Shown: in pieces, positions 40,577-50,136 of the stretch | Position numbering within the stretch: the stretch's first letter is position 1 | Layout: every line of letters starts with the position of its first letter | Source of the DNA: Candidatus Poribacteria bacterium | GTDB lineage: Bacteria; Poribacteria; WGA-4E; WGA-3G | Direction of reading: 5' to 3' | Length of the DNA: 64,000 bases | NCBI GenBank assembly: GCA_963666305.1 | Contig: OY762722.1 | Coordinates: 130,037 to 194,036, forward strand | The notes under the pieces: model-generated | Database searches by the model: none | Told to the model about the DNA's origin: nothing | The model's input: the letters and a program-made list of their open reading frames with translations, nothing else | Translations under genes and position numbers: made by a program

Positions 40577-41524
40577 ATGACTGTATCGTATGAAAAAATA
40601 TCTTCATGGCTATGGAGCACAAGCATTGTTTTTCTTATCCTGCTAATGCCAATACTTTCAGAAGCGGCAGCTTGGCAATCAGTAGAGAGCCCACACTTCC
40701 GAGTCTACTACCAGAAAGGAACGGCGGATCCAGCGTCAATTCTTCAGATTGCAGAGGATTTCTATGCCGAAATGCCGGAGTTGACAAGCCGTATTCCGGC
40801 GGGAATGATTGACATCTGGGTCTGCGACACACAAAAGGAGTTTCAGGCTTCCGTTCATGCCCCGATTCATGACTGGGCGGTTGGCTGCGCCTTTCCATTA
40901 AGTAGACGTATCGTCATCCAAAATCCGAAATATATTGCCCTTGCGAAACTGCAGTTGACGCAGGTACTTCGTCACGAGATTGCACATGTCCTCTTTGGAC
41001 AGTGCACGCGTAAAGCCGTTAGAGAAATCCCACTATGGTTCGTAGAAGGTATCGCAATCTTTTTCGCTGAGGAATGGGTGCCGAGCCGTCACGAGACATT
41101 GCTAAAGCATATTTTCTCAAAATCTATCATACCACTTCAGGAATTGGAGCGGAGTTTTCCACGTACGCAAGCCGGTGCGGATTTAGCATACGCTGAAAGT
41201 CAAGATGCACTCCGTTGGTTGGTCGAAGTTAAAGGTAGAGACGTGCTGTTTTCGCTGATTGCCGAACTCCACGCTGGCAACAATTTCAACACTGCCTTTG
41301 AAACAGTCGTTGGATGGGATCTTACCACATACGATGTACTCTGGCGCGAGTCGCTGACGGAACGTTACCAGTGGGCATCCCTTTTTTCCAATTCTTACGT
41401 CTTGTGGGGAGGCTTCGGTGGACTTGCCCTTATTGGTTATCTCGTCTGCTGGAACCGTAGACGACGACACTTGAATAAACTCGCGCAGCAAGAAGATGCT
41501 ATAGACCCATTTTTCAGATTTTAA
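40577..41524 (+). CDS. membrane-anchored MA-clan (HExxH) metallopeptidase-like protein
   Basis: N-terminal signal/TM segment, HEIAHVLF zinc motif with downstream FVEG, and a C-terminal TM helix. Confidence 0.5.
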   Translation: MTVSYEKISSWLWSTSIVFLILLMPILSEAAAWQSVESPHFRVYYQKGTADPASILQIAEDFYAEMPELTSRIPAGMIDIWVCDTQKEFQASVHAPIHDWAVGCAFPLSRRIVIQNPKYIALAKLQLTQVLRHEIAHVLFGQCTRKAVREIPLWFVEGIAIFFAEEWVPSRHETLLKHIFSKSIIPLQELERSFPRTQAGADLAYAESQDALRWLVEVKGRDVLFSLIAELHAGNNFNTAFETVVGWDLTTYDVLWRESLTERYQWASLFSNSYVLWGGFGGLALIGYLVCWNRRRRHLNKLAQQEDAIDPFFRF

Positions 41525-41636
41525 TTTTACCTTGCGGTTCGGTCAGGGCGTTTGTATCTATGACGTTCATTTCCGTATATCTGCCTGCGCCTGCTTCGCA
41601 GTGAGAATGCAGGCTACACAATTTGGATTATGAAGT

Positions 41637-42635
41637 ATGAACATTACACTTATTGATATTGCCCTCTGCCTTATCTGTTTCACTTCCGCTGCGACTGCCC
41701 AATCCAAACTACCCGCGCAGTACCCTAACCAACTGACGCGCGATGGACACATCGTTGTTCTCCCTGACCACGGCACCGTCTACATTGTTTCCGATCTGCA
41801 TGCACATTGGGACGATTTTAACCAGTGGTTGCAACTCACAAAACTGGTCGAACGAATTCAAGCAGACGAAGACGTTTACGGGTTGATACTCGGCGATGCA
41901 GTTGATTATAAACCCGATGAACCGAGACATCCGCCTTATGGGGATACTCTCATCGTTGACCGAGTTATGGAACTCCAAAAACAACTTGGCGATAACGGTG
42001 AAAGGCTCATCTATCTCCGAGGGAACCACGAATTCGCTGCCGCAGATGCCTATGCAATGCTCAAAAGGCAAGGGATGACAGCACAGAACCGGTCGCAATT
42101 TATACGCGCTTTATATGAAAGTCCTCTCGGTTCCTATTATGAGCAGTTCAACTTTATTGAAAGAATGACAGATACGCATTATGAATTTCTGATGAATCTT
42201 CCGACGGTGATTGTTGGAAAAAGCGGCTTCGTCGGTATTCATGCGGGTCCCGCGCGTTTTGTTACAAGCCTTGCTGATCTGGTCGATCCGAACCCCAAAA
42301 CCCTTGAGGAACTTCTTTGGCACCGTCCAGAGATCGCTTATAGTGGTGGATACACCTTAACACATATTAAAAATTTCCTTGAAGCCATCCACGGGAATAT
42401 CCTTATCGTTGGACATACCCCAATTCACTATTTTCCAAGGCGGAATATCAGAGATGGTATAGCGACGTTCGGTGAAAGTCAACTCATTTTTTCAACAGGC
42501 TACAGCGGTCGACCCGGAATCCCTGCGTACATTGAAATTGACTTGGCAGAGACCTATCCGTCCGTAAATGCCCTGAAATTAGGAATAAATATCCATCACC
42601 TTTATACTGAAACTCAAAAGCCAAAATCGGATTAA
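41637..42635 (+). CDS. calcineurin-like metallophosphoesterase
   Basis: Signal peptide. DLHAH, GDAVDY and GNHEF motifs (MPP motifs I-III). Confidence 0.7.
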   Translation: MNITLIDIALCLICFTSAATAQSKLPAQYPNQLTRDGHIVVLPDHGTVYIVSDLHAHWDDFNQWLQLTKLVERIQADEDVYGLILGDAVDYKPDEPRHPPYGDTLIVDRVMELQKQLGDNGERLIYLRGNHEFAAADAYAMLKRQGMTAQNRSQFIRALYESPLGSYYEQFNFIERMTDTHYEFLMNLPTVIVGKSGFVGIHAGPARFVTSLADLVDPNPKTLEELLWHRPEIAYSGGYTLTHIKNFLEAIHGNILIVGHTPIHYFPRRNIRDGIATFGESQLIFSTGYSGRPGIPAYIEIDLAETYPSVNALKLGINIHHLYTETQKPKSD

Positions 42636-42665
42636 AGGGATAGTTCAGCCAGAAAGACGCTCATC

Positions 42666-43562
42666 ATGCGACCACTCATTTATATCATGACCCCGGTGTT
42701 GATTCTTACTATCATCCTCGCTTCCCGTTTTGTAACATGGGAGGCGATAAAGGGGGAAAAACCACAGGCGCAAGCAGACGTACGGGAGGGTACAGTATTA
42801 TTAAGGACATGGAAGATTCCACACGCTATAGCGGCGTTTACGCGTGCTATTGAGACTGATCCCAAATATGCTGAAGCTTACGTGAAACGTGGACTGGCAC
42901 ATTACCGAGCAGGACAGTACGAAGCAGCTATCGCGGATTACACCCGTACATTAGACCTGAATCGGTATCACGCCGATGCCTACGCAAGTCGTGGTGATGC
43001 TTATCGAGCGTTAGGGAACACACAACATGCTATTGCGGATTACTCAGCCTCGATAAAAAAAAGGTGGAACGCCAACGTTACGCGAAGGCGAGCACAAACC
43101 TATTTTGAGCAGGACGACGCTAAGAACGCCTTTGCCGACTACAGTACTGTAATTAAGCGGCAACCGAGTGCTGTGGCTTACTATGCACGTGGTAATGCCT
43201 ACCTACGGCTTTCCACCGAAAGTGACCAAGATCGTTTAAGACTCGCTTTGGCAGATCTGAATCAGGCTATTGGTTTGGAGCAGCGCTTTGCTGGTACCTA
43301 TATCAGCCGCGCCCAAATTTACATACACTTGGGGGAACAAGCACTGGCAACTGCCGATTATAGGAACGCTGTAGAACTTTTCACCGAAACAATTCAAACA
43401 TGGCAAGGTGAACCGGACGCGCTTACACAGGTTTACCTATGGCGTGCCTTCGTTTACCAAAAATTGGGCGAAGTCGCTAAAGCAGAAACAGATGTCCATG
43501 AAATGTATAAACGCGTTTTTAGTTTTTTCTTGAAAAAAGTAAGAAATTGTGATATACTATAA
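42666..43562 (+). CDS. TPR-repeat protein
   Basis: N-terminal TM segment and multiple AEAYVKRGLAHY...AIADY repeats. Confidence 0.7.
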   Translation: MRPLIYIMTPVLILTIILASRFVTWEAIKGEKPQAQADVREGTVLLRTWKIPHAIAAFTRAIETDPKYAEAYVKRGLAHYRAGQYEAAIADYTRTLDLNRYHADAYASRGDAYRALGNTQHAIADYSASIKKRWNANVTRRRAQTYFEQDDAKNAFADYSTVIKRQPSAVAYYARGNAYLRLSTESDQDRLRLALADLNQAIGLEQRFAGTYISRAQIYIHLGEQALATADYRNAVELFTETIQTWQGEPDALTQVYLWRAFVYQKLGEVAKAETDVHEMYKRVFSFFLKKVRNCDIL

Positions 43563-43714
43563 GGGTGAAGTAAGGGTGAGATTTTAGCATCTCGCTTGAT
43601 TTTCCGCTTTTTTTCGAGCGGATTCGCGATCAGAAAATTGTTGCTACTGTACGACTCACAAGTTAAAAACTCGATTTTATTTTTGCACTAATTTCCAATA
43701 GGAGTAGAATTAAT

Positions 43715-43990
43715 ATGGCTGGAGAGGCATTGGGTTTAGTTGAAACGAGAGGCTTAGTTGGGAGCATTGAAGCTGCCGATGCTATGGTGAAAGCGGCAAA
43801 TGTTCATCTCATTGGTTACCAGCAAATTGGTGCTGGCTATGTGACTGTTATGGTTCGTGGTGATGTTGGTGCCGTGAAAGCTGCAACGGATGTTGGTGCC
43901 GAAGCTGCGGCGCGTGTCGGTGAAGTTGTTTCAGTTCATGTGATTCCACGACCACATGCTGAAGTCGAAACTATGTTGCCAAAAGCGTAA
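43715..43990 (+). CDS. bacterial microcompartment shell protein, BMC-H (PduA/EutM/CcmK type)
   Basis: 91 aa. [26 protein letters not shown] is the canonical pfam00936 motif. Confidence 0.9.
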   Translation: MAGEALGLVETRGLVGSIEAADAMVKAANVHLIGYQQIGAGYVTVMVRGDVGAVKAATDVGAEAAARVGEVVSVHVIPRPHAEVETMLPKA

Positions 43991-44069
43991 ATTATGTAGT
44001 CCGTGGATTCATTGGATGTTCTTTGTTCGATGACATTCAGTATATCCTAACCAAGAAGGCAAAACATAG

Positions 44070-44783
44070 ATGCCAGACCGTGCCCTTGTTGAGTTGATTA
44101 CCCAGCGTGTTGTTAATAGACTGGCGACAGACCAGGCATGTAGCGGTTGTGCTTTGCGGACGTGTGACGCAGGAAACCGCGCTTGTGACGCTGTCGCACA
44201 GCAGCAGCAGATTCCGGTTGGGGTTTCAGCACGACATGCTCATGTAACCCAGAAACACCTTGAAATTCTATACGGTGTAGGACACCAACTTACTGTCTAC
44301 GCTCCACTTTATCAACCCGGAGCGTTCGCCGCGAATGAGACGTTAACCGTCGTCGGAAAACGCATGCGTGCTATTGAAGCGGTTCGCATCCTTGGTCCGG
44401 TGCGAGATTACTCCCAAGTCGAAGTTGCTCAAACGGAAGCAATTCGGCTTGGATTAAACCCGCCCATTCGAGACTCAGGTGACCTTATCGGTGCCGACCC
44501 TATTACCCTCGTTGGTCCCGCTGGAAGCATTTATTTAGAAGAAGGGGCAATCTGTGCAACGCGACACATCCACATGACCCCCGGAGATGCTAATGCACTC
44601 GGTATTCGCGAAGATGCTATTTTAAAAGTACACTTCCGTGGTGAGCGCGCTTTAACCTTTGAAAACGTCCGTCCTAAAATTTCTGAAGATTATGTGCTTC
44701 AGATGCACTTAGACACTGACGATTCCAATGCGGCAGGTTTAAAAGGCGGTGAACCCGTTGAAATCGTACGCAATGCCGGTTGA
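44070..44783 (+). CDS. pduL: phosphate acyl(propanoyl)transferase PduL with N-terminal encapsulation peptide and Cys-rich insert
   Basis: Duplicated PduL motifs IPVGVSARHAHVT and ATRHIHMTPGDA, plus QMHLDTDDSNAAGL. N-terminal amphipathic helix ALVELITQRVVNRLA. Linker CSGCALRTCDAGNRAC. Confidence 0.85.
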   Translation: MPDRALVELITQRVVNRLATDQACSGCALRTCDAGNRACDAVAQQQQIPVGVSARHAHVTQKHLEILYGVGHQLTVYAPLYQPGAFAANETLTVVGKRMRAIEAVRILGPVRDYSQVEVAQTEAIRLGLNPPIRDSGDLIGADPITLVGPAGSIYLEEGAICATRHIHMTPGDANALGIREDAILKVHFRGERALTFENVRPKISEDYVLQMHLDTDDSNAAGLKGGEPVEIVRNAG

Positions 44784-44815
44784 AACGTATAGGGTTCCTA
44801 ATATTTTGAGGGAGT

Positions 44816-45562
44816 ATGAATCAGGAGCTGATTGACCAGATCAGGAAAATTGTGGAGAGGGTCCTGCAAGAGCAAACACCGGTTTCCACGCAAATTATAC
44901 ACGAAAAACGACTACTTGCTATTTTTGGTGCAACACAGCTTGAGTTACATGAAGCAATTCAGCAACTTCATACTTGCAGACAAAATGGATGGAAAATTAC
45001 GATAATTCTGTCTGATCTCGCAACGAAAGTCGCAAACCTCGAATCGATTCATGTCGCATTTGGTGAAGAGAACGTTTTGCAGGAGAATGCCCTAAGTAAT
45101 ATAGCAACTTTTGTAGAGACCTATCAGCAAATTGTGCTCCCTGTCTTCTCGTATCCGATGGCTGCAAAACTCGCATTAAGGTTAGTGGACACGCCGTGTA
45201 CCTATTTGGTATTCGAAGCACTCTCGAAGGGGAAGAAGGTTATAGCAGCCTCTGACGCATTTAATCAGAGTGAAGTTTCCGTAAAAACGGGTCCTATTTT
45301 CAGTAAACTTAAAAACGATTATGTAAACACTTTGTCCGAACTCGGCGTTCAATTGGTACCGATGACTCAAATTGCCGAGTCGATCGTAGAGAGAACGAGC
45401 GATTCGCGTGCTATTGTGGAAAACACTTTAATTAGCGCAACGACTATTTCAAATCTGGATGCGGATGTGCAAGAATTGATTTATGCAAATCCAGCGATTA
45501 TTACACCACTCGCCCGTGAGCACGCAAAAAAAAGAGGTATTGAGCTGATACCTAAAAACTAA
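44816..45562 (+). CDS. hypothetical BMC-associated protein with N-terminal encapsulation-peptide-like helix
   Basis: N-terminus MNQELIDQIRKIVERVLQEQ resembles PduD/PduP encapsulation peptides. The remaining 220 aa have a mixed alpha/beta pattern with no motif I can assign. The gene is co-oriented and closely spaced after pduL. Confidence 0.45.
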   Translation: MNQELIDQIRKIVERVLQEQTPVSTQIIHEKRLLAIFGATQLELHEAIQQLHTCRQNGWKITIILSDLATKVANLESIHVAFGEENVLQENALSNIATFVETYQQIVLPVFSYPMAAKLALRLVDTPCTYLVFEALSKGKKVIAASDAFNQSEVSVKTGPIFSKLKNDYVNTLSELGVQLVPMTQIAESIVERTSDSRAIVENTLISATTISNLDADVQELIYANPAIITPLAREHAKKRGIELIPKN

Positions 45563-45672
45563 GAATGGGTAAATCCATTTAGTTTTCCCAATGTATTAAG
45601 AAGTCCGTTCATTACTTAAAGGGTAAGCCGTGATTAGGGTGTCTGAACTATTGAATGGCGCTGATTAATCCT

Positions 45673-45700
45673 TGACAATTTTTCAAGGAAATTGTAACAT
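45673..45700 (+). promoter_or_regulatory. putative sigma70-like promoter upstream of SR-rich protein gene
   Basis: TTGACA, a 16-nt spacer and TAACAT, about 120 nt upstream of ATG 45819. Confidence 0.25.
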
Positions 45701-45818
45701 TTCTACGACAATTTGATTAAGATAGTTTACTTTTGATACTCACGCGGCACCGCGCTCGATGGGTAGAAGCCTATTGACAGAACCAAATGAAGGAGACGAA
45801 CATAGGAGGAGGATTCTC

Positions 45819-47444
45819 ATGAAGACCCGGATTTCTATTTTAAGTGCAGTATGCCTCATCAGTTGCTTCGCAATTGCTGGGTTGTTAACGCCTGCCGCTG
45901 CGGATTACGATTATTACGCGGACCGATTGAGTCGAGAGCATCGCGTTGCAAATGATGTCGATGAATGGATAGAACGTGGGAATGCGACAATTACTGCGAG
46001 TCCGCGTTTTGAAGATGGTGTTCGGCTCACCGCTTGGGCAAATGCTGCCGAGGACGCAAATAACTACGAATTCGCGATTGCCAGCGCGGTATATCTCTTT
46101 GAAATTCCAACAGGGACACAGTACATTGAAATTTTGGTGAGGTATCGAGGGGAACCGCATCACTTGGAGATTGAAGACTACGAAGAACCTATCGCGGGAC
46201 GTGTTTGGATTCGTAATACCCAGCGCGAGGCGACTCGTCGCGGTTACCATGACGAGAATGCTAAGGAAACACGCTACGGTGACACTTTTGTCCTGCGAGC
46301 AAAAAATCGTTCTGAGAGAATTAAGATTCCCGCAGCGGGTCATATCAAAGATGGATGGATGGAACTTCATATCGTCGCAGAAGGTGGCGAACAGATTGAC
46401 GTGGAACATCTTGAGGTATCCACTTATCGGAGACAGCCAAAAGTTAAAGTGATTCAGCGGTATACACCGACTTATAGTTGGCGTCCGTGGCATCGCTACA
46501 CCTATCTCTATTTTTACGATGGTCCCATCTATTACGCGACCGACCACGACTACTATCTCCGATGGAGTTATCCTATCTACGATCACCACTATCTCTCAAT
46601 CCGTTCATATTATGGCGGATATCTTGGACGTTACCGTAGACATTACTCAGGTGCTTACTACCGCGGTTATTCGCCGTATTATGGTTCCTATCAGGGTTAC
46701 TATCGTGGTACGCCGAAGGTTTATCAGCGACGAACGCGTTTGAATCGATGGAGTGCGAATCATGAAACAGCGCGTCGACAGTATAGCCGTAGCCGATTGA
46801 CTGCGAATAGCCGTCAAGGAGAACGCACAGCGGTTAGGAGAAACATCCGCACCGCGCTTGAAAATCATCGAAGGCAGACCCCGGCAACAAAGGAACGGAT
46901 GGCGCGCCAGTCAATTATTTTGGAGAAACAGCGCTCGCTTGCCTCTGCATCAACACTCCAGCGGAATAGCGTCAGACGGAGCACATACTCTGGAGGTGCG
47001 CTTAGCAAACAGCGGCGTTATCCAGGTGAGACAGCACAGAGCATGAGCAGTTATAGAAGTTCCGTGGAGACACGACGGACTACGCCACTTTATAGGCGTT
47101 CAACTCCTTCTTCAAACCGGTCATTCTCGTCGGGTACCAGTAATGCCTCGAGTTCAAAGTATAGGAGTTCGACATCAAGTTCGAGTTCAACGCGCTCACG
47201 TTCAAGCATAAGCCGTTCAACAGAGAGGTCTCGCATAAGTCGTTCGAGTTCGACATCAAGTTCGAGTTCAACGCGCTCACGTTCAAGTTCAAGCATAAGC
47301 CGTTCCTCTTCTTCTACAAAATCAAAATCTCGGACGCGCCCGACGACATCAAGTTCGAGTTCATCGCGTAGCAGCTCAAGCAGTAGCAATGATGATGATG
47401 ACAATCGGAGTCGGACAACGGAACGGACGAAACGGAGACGTTAA
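45819..47444 (+). CDS. secreted protein with globular N-domain followed by Tyr/Arg-rich and Ser/Arg-rich low-complexity tails
   Basis: Start placed at ATG 45819 (GGAGGAGG RBS, signal peptide MKTRISILSAVCLISCFAIAG). Mid-region YYxGY/RR repeats. C-terminal 160 aa are about 60% Ser with interspersed Arg (TRSRSS repeats) and a DDDD stretch before a KRRR end. Confidence 0.6.
   Translation: MKTRISILSAVCLISCFAIAGLLTPAAADYDYYADRLSREHRVANDVDEWIERGNATITASPRFEDGVRLTAWANAAEDANNYEFAIASAVYLFEIPTGTQYIEILVRYRGEPHHLEIEDYEEPIAGRVWIRNTQREATRRGYHDENAKETRYGDTFVLRAKNRSERIKIPAAGHIKDGWMELHIVAEGGEQIDVEHLEVSTYRRQPKVKVIQRYTPTYSWRPWHRYTYLYFYDGPIYYATDHDYYLRWSYPIYDHHYLSIRSYYGGYLGRYRRHYSGAYYRGYSPYYGSYQGYYRGTPKVYQRRTRLNRWSANHETARRQYSRSRLTANSRQGERTAVRRNIRTALENHRRQTPATKERMARQSIILEKQRSLASASTLQRNSVRRSTYSGGALSKQRRYPGETAQSMSSYRSSVETRRTTPLYRRSTPSSNRSFSSGTSNASSSKYRSSTSSSSSTRSRSSISRSTERSRISRSSSTSSSSSTRSRSSSSISRSSSSTKSKSRTRPTTSSSSSSRSSSSSSNDDDDNRSRTTERTKRRR
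47150..47310 (+). repeat. 81-bp in-frame tandem repeat (2 copies) encoding SSTSSSSSTRSRSS units
   Basis: GAGTTCGACATCAAGTTCGAGTTCAACGCGCTCACGTTCAAG occurs at 47165 and 47246. Confidence 0.75.
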
Positions 47445-47508
47445 TACGTCTATTAGGAGTAGTATAGGCTTTGCGCGCTTTTCCGGCGCGTAAAGCCTTT
47501 ATATTAAG

Positions 47509-48072
47509 ATGCGAGTTTTTTTAATTTTATCACTACTGTTGTTGAGCCTCCATGCCAGTTTTGCGCAGGAGGCTGAAAACAGTGCAGATACCGAACAGCA
47601 ATTACCTGAAGCAGTGGAAGAGGATAAACTCGTTTCACCGATTGGGGCTATGGTGCGTTCTGCCATTTTCCCGGGGTGGGGACAATTTTATAGCCGTGGT
47701 TATATTCGCGGTAGTCTCACTGTTTTGGGAATAGGCGGTTCTGTTGTCGGTGCCTTGTTGGCACAGCAATCTTTTCAGGATCGTTACAATACCTACGCGG
47801 AGTACGCAAGTTTGTATCCTAACGATGATCAAGGTGTCTTCGAGAGGTACGAATTCGCGAATCAGCGCTATAAACTCAGGACGTTTTTTATGTATGCTGG
47901 TATCGGTATTTGGGTTTATAGTCTTATTGATTCTTATGTCGGTGCAAACTTTTACAATGCTACTACATTAATTCAGTCTATTGAAGAGGATGCACAGAAT
48001 GTTGAAAAATTGGGGATTGAGGTCGGGGCAACCCCATCACGTCTGTATTTAGGTATTGTTAAAACCTTTTAA
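47509..48072 (+). CDS. DUF5683-like membrane/secreted protein
   Basis: Signal peptide. The SAIFPGWGQFYSRGYIRG motif followed by a TM helix matches the DUF5683 pattern as I recall it. Confidence 0.5.
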   Translation: MRVFLILSLLLLSLHASFAQEAENSADTEQQLPEAVEEDKLVSPIGAMVRSAIFPGWGQFYSRGYIRGSLTVLGIGGSVVGALLAQQSFQDRYNTYAEYASLYPNDDQGVFERYEFANQRYKLRTFFMYAGIGIWVYSLIDSYVGANFYNATTLIQSIEEDAQNVEKLGIEVGATPSRLYLGIVKTF

Positions 48073-48091
48073 AATAAGGAGGGTACTTATT

Positions 48092-48652
48092 ATGTTCAGG
48101 GCTTTTGCGAAAGTCAGCGGCGTACTCATCTTACTCATAGGTTTTATGGGGTGTGGGGACGCTGATAAGGTGGGTCAGGTTCCGCCTGAAGAACTTCTTC
48201 AAATTAATAAGGTCTTAGACCGATGGCGGCAAGGTTACGAAACGGAAGATGTTAACTCATATATCGGCACTTTCTGGGAAGAGGGTTTCCTTTATGTTTC
48301 TGATTGGGGAACCGACGGAGACAAAACGGATGATCTGGAATTTGATGACATCCGACAGGAACGTGATGCTGCCACTCGTGTTTTTGAGAAGTTTCAGGAT
48401 ATTGAGATAGAACTCTCTGTTCCACCAGAGATTACTATGAATGAGGATGGCAATCAGGCGGAAGTACGGAATCACTATAGAATCCAACTCTTCATATCCG
48501 ATGGACATTCACTTGAAGGTGGATTTAGTGGTGTGTACGCTGAAGGGGACAATCTCTTTATTTTTGAAAAGAGAAACAGTGAGTGGCGTATAGTTGAGTG
48601 GCATGACGAAGCCTTTAACGAGGAAGAAATTCGTATTGCTAACAACCTATAG
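48092..48652 (+). CDS. lipoprotein with NTF2/SnoaL-like (DUF4440-like) fold
   Basis: Start placed at ATG 48092 after an AAGGAGG RBS (the ORF track starts at 48056, overlapping the previous gene). Lipobox LIGFMGCG. NTF2-like patterning, about 186 aa. Confidence 0.5.
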   Translation: MFRAFAKVSGVLILLIGFMGCGDADKVGQVPPEELLQINKVLDRWRQGYETEDVNSYIGTFWEEGFLYVSDWGTDGDKTDDLEFDDIRQERDAATRVFEKFQDIEIELSVPPEITMNEDGNQAEVRNHYRIQLFISDGHSLEGGFSGVYAEGDNLFIFEKRNSEWRIVEWHDEAFNEEEIRIANNL

Positions 48653-48711
48653 GTTTGAGAAAAGGAGGGGCAATTTCCAGCCCAAGAATTGGGTAGGAAT
48701 TCCACACATTC

Positions 48712-50136
48712 ATGCCGCAACAGGAGGAACATCTCCGCGATTATCTTCAACTCATTCGAAAGCATGATTTTACGCTCTGCTTGAGTGTCTTGTTGGTATT
48801 GGGAACCGCCTTGGTTATTTCACTCCGCTTGCCTAAAACATACGCCGCCTCCACTTTAATGTTACTTGTCCAATCTAATACAACGTCTGCCTTGCCTTCA
48901 ACGAATCTATTTCAAAGCGTACTCTCTGGCGGTGTTGACCGGCGGGAAATGGAGACAATCAGTGCTCGATTTTCCACAGAATCAATGCTAAAAACGGCAA
49001 TCGAAAACCTCGAAGAGAGTGGCAATGCTGAGGCGGTTTCTCTCCTTCCATCGGTAGGTAAACTCAAACGAATACTGAAGGCTCAGCTGAACCCGGACTC
49101 CGACTATATCAATCTTTCGATTGCCTTGACGGAGGCGGAGGGAGGGGAACGCAATGCGGCACTTCTTGTTAACCAGCTCGTAGAGGATATGAAAACATTG
49201 AGGCGTGGAGATGAAGAAACAAAACTAAAAAAGCGGATGGAATTTCTCGAAAATAAACGACAAGAAATCCAAATCCAAATAGAGAATGATTTAAACGCTC
49301 TCCTCTTATTTGCTCGCCAGAATGGCAGTCCAGAAACCTGGGTTCCAACTCTTACCAATCTTCTTGAACGTCATGCCAGTATCCGGGAAAGGCTTGAAAC
49401 GAATCAGCAACAACTCTATGCGACACGCACCCACATTGCATATTTGCAGGAGCAATTAAAACACTTACCGGAACAGACGAAAATATCAGAAACGACATCC
49501 TACGATCCGGTCTGGCTTTTTCAGCAGGAAAAACTCTTCAACCTTGAATCGCAGCGTGCTGCGGATGCGGAAAAGGTAGGCAAGACTGCCTCAGAATTGA
49601 AGGGTCTTGATGCACAAATTGCTGAAATCCGCGAAAAAAACGCTCAAACCTCCCCTACGGCTACTACCGTTACTTCCGGCACCTCTGTCCATTATACCTA
49701 TATAAAGAATCAGTTGCTGACATTTGCTCCGAGTCTGTCACGTTATGAAAACGCTGCAGAACGCCTCAAACAGAAACTTAGCACCGTGGAAACTGAATTG
49801 ACGCAAATGCTGGAACAGATCCCAGAAAACCAGATAATTCTCACACGGATGGGAGCCAAGATTCAGAGAACCAGTGAACTCGCTGAAGAGATTGCAAAAC
49901 GGTCACTTGAAGCTGAAATATTATATGCTGAATCCGAGTTAAATACCGCCCGCAACCAGATAGGTGGTATTGAAATCATTGACCGTGCGGTCCCAAGAAA
50001 AATTCCCGTCAGTCCTCAACTCAGGTTTATTTTCGTCATCGCGGGAATCGCCGGTTTATCTTTAGGTGTTACAACTGCGTTATTTATCGAATATTTCACC
50101 AAAACTCCTGAGAATCTAAAAGATTCAATGTCTTAA
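48712..50136 (+). CDS. polysaccharide chain-length determinant protein (Wzz/GumC, PCP family without kinase domain)
   Basis: N-terminal TM helix, a long periplasmic coiled-coil and a C-terminal TM helix with a Gly-rich segment (IAGIAGLSLGVTTALFIEYF). Confidence 0.7.
   Translation: MPQQEEHLRDYLQLIRKHDFTLCLSVLLVLGTALVISLRLPKTYAASTLMLLVQSNTTSALPSTNLFQSVLSGGVDRREMETISARFSTESMLKTAIENLEESGNAEAVSLLPSVGKLKRILKAQLNPDSDYINLSIALTEAEGGERNAALLVNQLVEDMKTLRRGDEETKLKKRMEFLENKRQEIQIQIENDLNALLLFARQNGSPETWVPTLTNLLERHASIRERLETNQQQLYATRTHIAYLQEQLKHLPEQTKISETTSYDPVWLFQQEKLFNLESQRAADAEKVGKTASELKGLDAQIAEIREKNAQTSPTATTVTSGTSVHYTYIKNQLLTFAPSLSRYENAAERLKQKLSTVETELTQMLEQIPENQIILTRMGAKIQRTSELAEEIAKRSLEAEILYAESELNTARNQIGGIEIIDRAVPRKIPVSPQLRFIFVIAGIAGLSLGVTTALFIEYFTKTPENLKDSMS

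Noticed and set aside
44816-45562. Assigning the 248-aa BMC-associated protein as class II aldolase, DeoC or a diol-dehydratase small subunit.
   Set aside because: None of the family catalytic motifs (GNVS/HxH for aldolase, the DeoC Lys-Schiff-base context, PduD/E core) could be found, so it is left unassigned.
47090-47404. A 104-aa minus-strand ORF rich in Leu/Glu (LELDVEL...) overlapping the SR-rich gene.
   Set aside because: It is the reverse-complement reading of the Ser/Arg codon repeats (TCG/AGT/CGC). It is an artefact of repeat composition with no independent start context.
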